64,000 bases of DNA from NCBI RefSeq assembly GCF_009914755.1, contig NC_060939.1; one strand, 5' to 3'. The translations under genes and the position numbers were made by a program. The stretch comes from the human T2T-CHM13v2.0 reference genome, Homo sapiens. Below are positions 54,111 to 64,000 of the stretch, piece after piece (position 1 is the stretch's first letter; the number at the start of each line of letters is the position of its first letter). The notes under the pieces are model-generated. The model saw only the letters and a program-made list of their open reading frames with translations. It made no database searches and was not told where the DNA came from.

Positions 54111-57100
54111 ACTCACCGCCCACCCCCCATAGTCCACCCCTGGGTTGGCCACTAGTGTTCCACAGCTGCTACTTGAGTCACAGCTTCTCCACCATCCCAC
54201 ACCCTTTGGGGGTTCCTGAAACCTGGAGTCTTGCACCTCAGGTTTCACCACCGCGTTCCTGCTTTATCTAAGGGAGTTTCCTCATTTCAGATAAGCAGTC
54301 TGGTAAGTGCTCCATCCTCTCACCCTTTGGCATGCTCCTGTGGCCCACTACAGAGAAACTCTCCTCTCAGCCTCCTCCTTTGTTCTTGTCCCCACTCACT
54401 CTCCCATCCTTGCTTTTTCCTAAAAATCAGAGTCCAGATCTGACCTTCTGGCCCCACAAGCCTGCTCCTTGTTAAACGCAGACTGTTCTCAGGCATGACA
54501 GCTGTGATCTGGGCTCTGCCTTGCTCCTCTGGTGAGACACCCTTCCCCCATATCCTACTGTCCATTACAGAATTGCATGGGGGATGGCTGTGCCCTTTGC
54601 CCTCCCAGCCGGCCCCACCCATAGCGACTAAACCAACACCGATGAGACAGCCCTGCCGTCTCCCAGCCTAACTTGCCAAGCTTCATTATGAGCAAAAGAT
54701 CTGCAATGTGGCAGTGACCTCCCCGCAACATAACTGCATTCTGACCTCCTTCTTGCAGTGCCAAGAGAAATGATGGTGAACTAAGTGCGGGGTGTGGGGT
54801 CGTTCTCAAATGCGGTCATTGCTACAGAACTAGGGTTTTTGGTTAGTTACATTCTTTGTGGAAGGACAGGGTGGTGGGTACAGGTCCCTGAGAAGCAGAC
54901 ATGTGGAATTGTTTGAGACAATCCTACTCCCTGTGGTACTCTCTCTATGTATATATTTCAATGAAGGTAATTTACCTCATGCTTTCCTAAATACATAAAT
55001 CTTTACATTTCAAATGCCTTGTTAGACTGTACTCAAGATTCCAGAGACATTTTAAAATAATTCATTTTCAAATCATAAATTTGGGAAAAGGGGGCCTGGG
55101 ATAAGCAAGTTGACTGGGCCACTGCTTATGCCATTCCCTGCACAATTCTGGGCATGGAGCAGCTCTCCTAGAGCCCCTGCCCCTGACTCCTGCTCCAGGC
55201 TTCACATTCCCAGACCCACACTCTCACCCACAGGGACGTGAACTTGGCTCTGCTTGTCATCATTCTGGGTTTCTTCCCATGGGAGGCTTTTAAACCAACC
55301 TGTCTCACATTGGCTGGGTCCTTTGGGGCCTTCTGCAATGCTACAATGGCAGGTGTTTGCCTGCAGCTTCCCACTGTGCCCCCTTTTCTCCCCACTCTCC
55401 AGCCAGCCAGGGTTCCTGGGCATCCTCTCCCCACCCCTTGCCAAATAATTTGAGGCAACCTTGTTAATCTTCTCTACAGCTATTTGCGTTTGAAGCCTGT
55501 TTGGAGTGAATCAAGGACTGAAAGCTCACCCCGTGAAGGGAATTTTTAATATTTAACCTTGAAGGGTGGGGAGATGAGAGGGGAATGGGATAGAGAGGGA
55601 GGGGCTGCGGAAGAGTCTTCTTCCAGCTCCCCAACATCCTACACAGCATTCATGCTACCAGTCCCAGCAGAGGCTGGTGAGGGCCAAGCCTGAACAGCAC
55701 CCCCAACTTCCCACCATGCCTCTGTCCCCCACTAAATGCCAAGCCTACTACTGAGTGAGTGGAAGTGATATAGCAGGCCTGAAACTGAGGTTGAGTTGCA
55801 AAACCATCTTTTGAGTGTGGTCTCCCCTGGGGTCACAGCCCCAGTGAGCCCTCACTTCCCTAACTCCTTAGAGTTTCTATTTAAGATTCTGTTCAGTTTC
55901 CCAGGAACTACCTGGGACTGAGGCATTGTGTTTCCCTTTGCACAGTGCCTGGCATATAGTAAGCACTCAGTAAATGTTAGCTATTAATAATAAAAAGAAG
56001 AAACCCTGGATAGCATCCATGGGGTGCTTGCATAGATGCTGCTAGGAGCAGCCATGGTGGTGAACAGCAAAGTTCGCAGCACATGGTGGACCATTCATTT
56101 ACTGTTTCTGAACTGGAGGAAGTTTTGGTTCTTTAAAGTGGAAAAAGAATGCCTTCTGACCACATGATAACAGTAAGAGCCCTTTTTTATTCCTAAGTCT
56201 TCAGAAGAGTGAAAAAGGTCTTCCATGAACTGGCTACACATCCTGTTCAATGCCTAAGATGGAGATTGACAACCAAACCTCACCTGTTTTCTGCCTTGGC
56301 TGTGAAAATTCCAATTGGCCAGGTGATATAGGGAGCTTTCAGAGGACCTGGCACTTTGTATGGAAAGGGGTAAGTGTAGGGAGGTGTGTCAAATCAATTA
56401 AGCAAGTGCTAGTTGCAAGATACATGCCTAAAGCCAGGGAAGAGAAAGATGAAGAGTTGCGGGGCCACTCTCAGAATTAACGTAGAAGCCCAGGACCACT
56501 GCATTGCCTTCTTCCTTCCCTCCGAGCGTCATGTTGCTCTATACATAGGGGTTGAGATTTTGCCTCCTTTTCCCAAGACTCTGGACTTCCAACTGGTCCT
56601 CTAGTGCTGCCCTGGCTTTTAAGCAGCTTGGCTGGGGCCCAGTCATTGATCCTCTTGCCTAGGATCTTTGCCCTGAGGACCAGAGCCCAATGCCCAAGTA
56701 CAGGTGAAGCCCCATTTCACGTTGAGCATCATTATGGCCCTAAAGCATTGCCCCAACCTCCAGATTGGAGGCTTTGGGATAGACACGGGCTACCCTGGTT
56801 ACCCCATCCCATTGGATTCTGTCACTGAGGTCCCAGCATGCCATGTGATTGAGCCATCCTAAGTTTGGCAGAAAACTAGGTTTGAGGCAGATCATTAAAA
56901 ACCTTGAAAGTAAAGGTATGGAACTGAGAGTGGGGGCACTGGCAGTTTTTGGGTGGGAATATGATCTGAAACATGCTTCAGGCAGTAGTGGCGGGCAGAG
57001 AGGATCGGGTAGGCAGAGACACTGGTTGCATGGGCCCAGATGACATCCCTTAATATTGAAAGGACAGGACCAACGTGAGAGGTGTTTCCAGAGAAATGGG

Positions 57101-58857
57101 CTTGCGGAGGTGTAGAGGAGGAGAACGTACATTATTACAATGAAAAACTAGATGATTCCAAGCCCACTAGAGAGGGGAAATGTTCATGCTAATAAAAAAT
57201 GGGGAAGGAGACCAGCATTTGACAAGTGCTTATTGTATAATGAGCATTGGTAGCATTCACAGAACATGAGAAAAAAGGACTTCATTTCAAAGGCCACACA
57301 GAAAAGTGTACAACTAGGATTCCAACCTAGGTGTATGACTCCAAAGTCTTGATAATTTCTCTAAAGAAGCCGCAGCAAGACCAACGTAGAGAGGGAAGAT
57401 GACAGCCTTGAACATGTTGAAATGTGGGCATTGAGGACTGGACATAGATGAGACTGGCTGAGATGACTCTGGGAGTCTGTTGCAGAGTGGTTATCATGGA
57501 AACCCCACGAGTAGGTCAAATCTCCAACACAGAAGATAATCAGGGAAAAAAGCTCAGGCTAGAACCATGAGCAATACACTCAGCTTAGGCACTAATGAAG
57601 AAGCAGAAAAGCAGCCACGAGGGTAGAGGTAACTTGGAGAGGGTCATTTCACTGGAGTCCAAGGAAGAAAGTAGAAAAAAAGGAAAGAGAAGCCATCAGC
57701 TTAGAACACTTTACACTGACAAATAGGGTGGGAAAACAAGAAAAGGCTGGCTACTTTAGCAGTCCAACACACTGTGACCTCTCGTCAGTCAGTCACTCAG
57801 TCAGTCAGATGCAAGGCAGAGAAGCTATTGAGACAGCAAGTCTGGACTCTTCTTTCAAGAAATTTGGCAGTAAAAGAAAGAGGAGAGACCCAATAAAGGT
57901 GGATGAAGGTGAAGGAACTCTCCTTTGGACCACCCTAGCAATCAAATTGGACAGGCAGAGTCACTCGGCTCTCAACCCTGGTGATAGTCAAAGAGAGAAA
58001 TCATCTCCAACTAGGGTTAATTATTGGCCCTGAACAGACTACACTTTAGTGGCAACCGTTTTATAATGTTTCTCCTTTCAGCCCCAACTCCTTGCTGGTA
58101 GTGAGTTTATAACCACCACCAGCCTGCAGAATAATTTATTTCAACACAGTGCTAGGCTCCTGGACATCATCCAGTCCAGTCCTCCACTCCCCACTGCAAT
58201 GGGATTGACCCAGCATGTGACGACAAGGTGCCTTGTGGATCCCAAATTTATGGAAAGCTTTCAGCATTTTCGCAAACTGGCAATCATCTCTGTCACAGGT
58301 TTAGTCTGTCCCTTGGCATATGCTTTTCAACAGTCTTGAGCCTTTGAATTGGGAAGGCAGCTGTCTGGGGAGAACAATGTCAAATAAACCTCAGGGGAAA
58401 GCTTCCTTCACTTGCACGGGGGCCAAGGGAGCTGAAATCCTGCCCCTGCTTTCCTGCCAAGCTTTGTATCCATCCAGATGGGCCACCTTTTCCTCAACTG
58501 CACAAAGGAGCACAGGGTAGTGGGGGTCCTGCCTATACATTTACACTGGGGGAAGGTCGGGGTCCTTCTTCATGGGCAGAAAGTAGCTTTTTTTTTTTTT
58601 TCCAAGAGATGCCATTTCCTTTGACTGGGGTCCTTTAGTGGACACAGGTCTGGTCCCCAAACACCAGGTGCTCTGATTCTCTGCTTGGCATTGAGGGGCA
58701 TGTCTGGGAGAATATGGATTGAGTGCTCCACTGCCCATGGTGTCTTGGGTAGAAAAGGCCAGCCTCCAGAGGAAGTGACTAAATAAAGCAGGGGGAAGGA
58801 CCAACACAATTGGCCGAGCTGTGGGAACAAGGAACAAGGCTTAAGAGTTCAGTGCCT

Positions 58858-59046
58858 TATAATGGACTTTGGGGATTTGGGGGAAAGGGTGGGAGGGGGT
58901 GAGGGACAAAATAAAACACATTGGGTACGGTGCACACTGCTTGGGTGATAGGTGCGCCAAAATATCAGAAATCACCACTAAAGAACTTGTTCATGTAACC
59001 AAACACCACCTGTTCCCCAAAAACCTATTAAAATATTAATAAGTAA
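58858..59046 (+). mobile_element. L1PB-type 3' end fragment
   Basis: AATGGACTTTGGGGA...CAGAAATCACCACTAAAGAACTT...CCCCAAAAACCTATT; TSD AAGAGTTCA(G/A)TGCCT at 58843-58857 and 59047-59061. Confidence 0.8.
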
Positions 59047-59304
59047 AAGAGTTCAATGCCTGGTAAACAATATTGCCAACTGTAGAATTTGCACAATTGT
59101 AAACAAAATATTAGCAAGTGTGAGCTAAGAACTCCCTGGAATGAGCCAGTTGAGACCAGACTACAAGAGGTTAACTCTTATTTTTAAATGGAACTACATT
59201 TAGTCAAGAACCACTTGTGTAGGGTATGTCTTCAAATCAGACACTGTTGCCATTTGCCAGAGAAAATGTGCTTTAATTCCTTGATGCCAAAGAATGCCTG
59301 ATAC

Positions 59305-60780
59305 GCTCTCGCTCTCCCTCTCCCTCTCCCCACGGTCTCCCTCTCCCTCTCTTTCCATGGTCTCCCTCTGATGCCGATCCAAAGCTGGACTGTACTGCTG
59401 CCATCTCGGCTCACTGCAACCTCCCTGCCTGATTCTCCTGCCTCAGCCTGCCCAGTGCCTGCGATTGCAGGCGCGCGCCGCCACGCCTGACTGTTTTTCG
59501 TACTTTTTTGGTGGAGACGGGGTTCCCCTGTGTTGGCCGGGCTGGTCTCCAGCTCCTAATCGCGAGTGATCCGCCAGCCTTGGCCTCACAAGGTGCCGGG
59601 ATTGCAGACGGAGTCTCGTTCACTCACTGCTCAATGGTGCCCAGGCTGGGGTGCAGTGGCGTAATCTCGGCTGGCTACAACCTCCACCTCCCAGCCGCCT
59701 GCCTTGGCCTCCCAATGTGCCAAGACTGCAGCCTCTGCCCGGCCGCCACCCCGTCTGGGAAGTGAGGAGCGTCTCTGCCTGGCCGCCCATCGTCTGGGAT
59801 GTGAGGAGCCCCTCTGCCTGGCTGCCCCGTCTGGAAAGTGAGGAGCGTCTCTGCCCGGCCGCCATCCTGTCTAGGAAGTGAGGAGCGTCTCTGCCCGGCT
59901 GCCCATCGTCTGGGATGTGAGGAGCCCCTCTGCCTGGCTGCCCAGTCTGGAAAGTGAGGAGCGTCTCTGCCCGGCTGCCATCCCATCTAGGAAGTGACGA
60001 GCGCCTCTTCCCGGCCACCATCCCATCTAGGAAGTGAGGAGCGTCTCTGCCCGGCCGCCCATCGTCTGAGATGTGGGGAGCGCCTCTGCCCCGCCGCCCC
60101 GTCTGGGATGTGAGGAGCGCCTCTGCCCGGCCGCGACCCCATCTGGGAGGTGAGGAGTGTCTCTGCCCGGCCGCCCCGTCTGAGAAGTGAGGAGACCCTC
60201 CGCCTGGCAACCGCCCCGTCTGAGAAGTGAGGAGCCCCTCCGCCCGGCAGCTGCCCCGTCTGAGAAGTGAGGAGCCCCTCCGCCCGGCAGCCGCCCCATC
60301 TGGGAAGTGAGGAGCGTCTCCGCCCGGCAGCCGCCCCGTCCGGGAGGGAGGTGGGGGGATCAGCCCCCCGCCCGGCCAGCTGCCCTGTCCGGGAGGGAGG
60401 TGGGGGGGTCAGCCCCCCGCCCGGCCAGCCGCCCCGTCCGGGAGGGAGGTGGGGGGTCAGCCCCCCGCCCGGCCAGCCGCCCCGTCTGGCCAGCCGCCCC
60501 CCGGGAGGGAGGTGAGGGGCGCCTCTGCCCGGCTGCCCCTACTGGGAAGTGAGGAGCCCCTCTGCCCGGCCACCACCCCGTCTGGGAGGTGTACCCAACA
60601 GCTCATTGAGAACGGGCCATGATGACAATGGCGGTTTTGTGGAATAGAAAAGGGGGAAAGGTGGGGAAAAGATTGAGAAATAGGATGGTTGCTGTGTCTG
60701 TGTAGAAAGAGGTAGACATGGGAGACTTTTCATTTTGTTCTGTACTAAGAAAAATTCTTCTGCCTTGGGGAAAAAAAAAA
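59305..60780 (+). mobile_element. SVA retrotransposon (SVA_D-like), polyadenylated within SINE-R
   Basis: CCCTCT hexamers, Alu-like domain, GC-rich VNTR (~59730-60590), partial SINE-R, A tail; 16-bp TSD AAAGAATGCCTGATAC at 59289-59304 and 60781-60796. Confidence 0.95.
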
Positions 60781-63587
60781 AAAGAATGCCTGATACATTG
60801 TATAATGAAACCAGAATAATTGAGCTACTTGTTCATTACAAAGATCTCTAGCTGAATACTCAAAATTCTTCAGCAGCTGAGTGGGCTTGGAGCGAATTAA
60901 CAACGTGTTTTTTTTTTTTTTTTTTTAATTAATTTGAGGTAGGACACAAAATATACAATAGAATTTTTTGTGAAGCACTGCTGAAGGCTTTTTACTCCAA
61001 GAAGGATCATACATTATTCTTTGTTGACAATGCCAGGGTGATTCAGAAGGACAAGTAAAATGTTAGCCAAGGCAATGCACAGGAGCGCAGACCAGCCGCA
61101 CTCCAGCCCCTCTTCTCTCAGTTTCCTTAGGATCCTCTATTACCCGCTCCCCTCCATTCCTAGGCCCAGCCTGTCATTCCTCTCTATGGAGTTACTGCCA
61201 GATTGCCTTGCCTCACTGTAACTGGAACATCAATTTTCCCCATGAATCTGTGAGCCCTGCAAAGTCAGAGACTGTGCCTTGCTAACACCCTAGTCCTCAA
61301 AAGCACACAACAGAGTACTTGACACCCAGGAGGCTCTCAGGAGGCATTGCTGTTGAGTATAGAAAGCTAGAGTTAGGTAAGACATTGTGGAATATCATGG
61401 AAAAATCAGTTGAATGGAATATAATGGAAAAACCAAGTCTAAACTCAGAAAGACAGATGTGGGACAGCACTGAAGCATGGTCTCAGCATCTTCCCATCTC
61501 CTGGGCAGATAAAAGGACATTCAAGTTGAGCTGGGTCCCTCGGGTCCAGTTCTGGATGGCTTCGGGGAGCCAGCCAAGCCCTTCCGTTAGGAAGTCCTGG
61601 CAGCACGGAGGTCTGTGGAGGGCAGAGAAGAGTGAGAAAAGAGAGAAGTGACACAGTCAAATGTGGCCAGACCAGGAAAGGCAGACAAAAAGAATGTTTC
61701 TGGGAGCACATGAACGTTCTCAAGAACACAGACAGGTTGAAGATGACCATGACCAAGGACAGACTCCTGGATTTCCAGAAGCTGCTTGATGATTCTTCCA
61801 TAGATTCCAGAGAAGGGAGGCTAGAAGCTGGATGGCAGGGAGGCCAGAGAGGCTGGGGCCTGGGAAAAAGATTGCATCTTTCTAGAGCCAGCATGAAGGG
61901 GAATAGGCAGGGACAGCAGCAAGCAGAGGCAGGCAAGTCAGTTGGGGGCCAGGGAAGGGGACAGACACGGGAGTTTCATTTTAGCAGTAACCCTCTGGGC
62001 AGGGGTTTTTGTAGAAGAGGCCTTGAGAGAAAGAGTCCGAGGAGAAGAGGAAAACTCCCTGAGACCTGAGGGAAAGAGAAAGAAATGGATGTCGATTTGA
62101 CATGCTTTTGTGAGTGTCCCTCTCCCAAGTCAAGGTGGCAGGTGGGGGCATGACAGGGTTGGAGACCTTCACAATCACTTCTCTGCAGTGTGGGCCCGTC
62201 TCTAAAAAGAACAGACAGGCAGTCATATGGATCCATGGGCCTTTGTCAGAAGGCACTGGCACCTCTAAACTGGTGATCCCCAGCGCCAATCCATGGGGCC
62301 AGTGTACATCCGCGGGAAACTCGCTAAAATTACAGAAAATGAGGTACATTTTTCATAGTGCTAAATTCAGTTTAAAAAGTTGTTCCTTTATGCTGAGATT
62401 TATTCTCCTCACTTTTTTTGGTATTAAAATGCTTCATGTTTGCCGAACATTAAACAATGATGGTAGATCAGAGTTTGAGTTTTTTCCCTCAATGTCCTTA
62501 CTTAGCAAAATTTAAAAATGGTGTTCTTAGTGGGTCCTTCCTCCTACCACCATTTATTTTTCATATTCCTGTTTGTAAAATAAATTATTGGGGAGCAATT
62601 GTTCTAAAACTAATGTTTACAGACCTTTACAGTTTTAAAAAGACAATTTTAAGAAAAATGAAGTATTTTTGAACACCAAAGGGTAGAAGTTTCTGGTTTG
62701 CTTTCCCAGATAGGATTTACAACCTCATGCCAGTGTACCAGTTGGATTGCGAACTGTTTTCTGTGAGGCCCTGGTTAAAAATGAGCAGGAGGCCAAGACT
62801 TTTTGACTCAACTGTTTCCAAAAGGGCCAAGTGACGACTTTTGTGTCCATCTCTCTCCAGAGACACCAATGAACAGGTTTGAGGTGGGAACAGGTTCGCG
62901 CAGCCCTAGGATCCCAGACCTTTAGACCTGGAAGAACTTGAGAATTTATCTTGCCCACATTATTCTGATGGAGCAGATTTACTCAAAGCCATGCAACCAA
63001 CTAGTGGCAGAGCTGAGACAGGCCCAGACTCCAAACAGCCCGGCCAGCCCTCTCCCTCATCTCCACATGCCCCCATGCTTAGGTTTACACCAGCCTCCTC
63101 TTTAACAGATGAGCCTCAAGCCAAACGATAGCTGCTTTTGCCCAGCATGCTAGGTCCACCGGGGGAGACAGAGTCCCATGGAGTAAAGTGCATTTTCTCC
63201 TTTGTCATAATGGCTGTTTGCCTCAAGCGTTCAATGCCTTCCTGATTGTGTGACTCAGAGCTGCTTGCTGCAGCCTCTCATTCCCCTCCAAGAGGGGCTT
63301 CTCTTTCAATGACCCAGGGGTCAGTTCTAAGACCCAGGCTCCCATAAGCTACCTCAGCTTCCATGATTTCAATAAGGCTTTCCTGCAGACACCCCCAGTG
63401 CTCTGCTCTGCTCCCTCCCCTGTCTCCCTCCCTGCTCAATGCCTACTGCAGTAGGGGTATCTTGTTTCTAGTAAACTCTACCTGGTGTGGGTCCCAAATC
63501 TCCTATATTGGCAATAAAATTCTCATTGTAGTCTCCTTGTAGTCAAACCTGTTCATTGGTGTTTCTGGAGAGATTCACTGTAGGCAT

Positions 63588-63588
<1 letters not shown>

Positions 63589-63640
<52 letters not shown>
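63589..63640. repeat. (AC)26 microsatellite
   Basis: Uninterrupted dinucleotide run. Confidence 0.95.
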
Positions 63641-63643
<3 letters not shown>

Positions 63644-64000
63644 AGGCCTGATGGGGGCCTAACACAGTAACCTTACAGTGTGACTGTAGGGGTATTATAA
63701 AGAGGGGCATTAGGAGAGGATTTAGGCTACTCTGAGGAATGGGGGAAGATGTAGGAAGGCTTCACAGAGAAGACGTTGGAGCTGGGTGTTGAAGCAGGAG
63801 TTAGATGTGGGGAGAGGACCTTCCAAGTCTGGCTCCCTGCCCCTGGATATTGAATTAACCCCAGAGAGCAAAGCATCAGCTGAAGGGGAGTACTGCATCA
63901 AGAGGCCAGGAAGACTCACCAGCTGGAATGCCGCCACTGTTCAGGTGGCATAAAAACCAAATGGTCCTTCCTTACTGATTTGGATATGCCACCAGCTGAT

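Noticed and set aside
54730-55090. Stretch with a 3'UTR-like appearance
   Set aside because: No adjoining coding exon, poly(A) tail or TSD to support a gene or processed pseudogene.
59411-60733. Many overlapping repetitive ORFs and a repeat array that superficially resembles CRISPR
   Set aside because: This is the SVA Alu-like/VNTR region: tandem units without unique spacers, in primate DNA.

Overview
Human (or closely related hominid) genomic DNA from the CYP19A1 (aromatase) locus, with the gene on the minus strand. The window holds coding exons 2 (ATG at 8684) and 3, and about 55 kb of the 5' region carrying the alternative tissue-specific promoters and first exons. PII, I.3 and brain I.f are well supported by the sequence, and endothelial I.7 fits closely. 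I.6, I.2 and I.5 are tentative and rest partly on my recollection of published sequences. MIR4713 lies in intron 2 on the plus strand. The rest is repeat-rich: solo LTR17 (HERV-W), solo MER9, a 3.7-kb internally deleted HERV-K14 (HML-1) provirus, a 3'-shortened SVA, a twin-primed young L1, Alus, and older L1/L2/MIR/DNA transposons. Most interesting: (1) the I.7 start site and both GATA sites lie inside the HERV-K14 5' LTR read antisense, and one GATA site is absent from the sister 3' LTR; (2) an ancient MER45 transposon has kept its CpGs and is a candidate germline promoter for the piRNA cluster I recall at this locus; (3) a MER41-like segment sits inside the HERV-K provirus; (4) two local direct duplications. 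Repeat subfamily names come from recognition of consensus sequences, not from a database search. Apart from retroelement remnants, the ORFs in the supplied track appear spurious.
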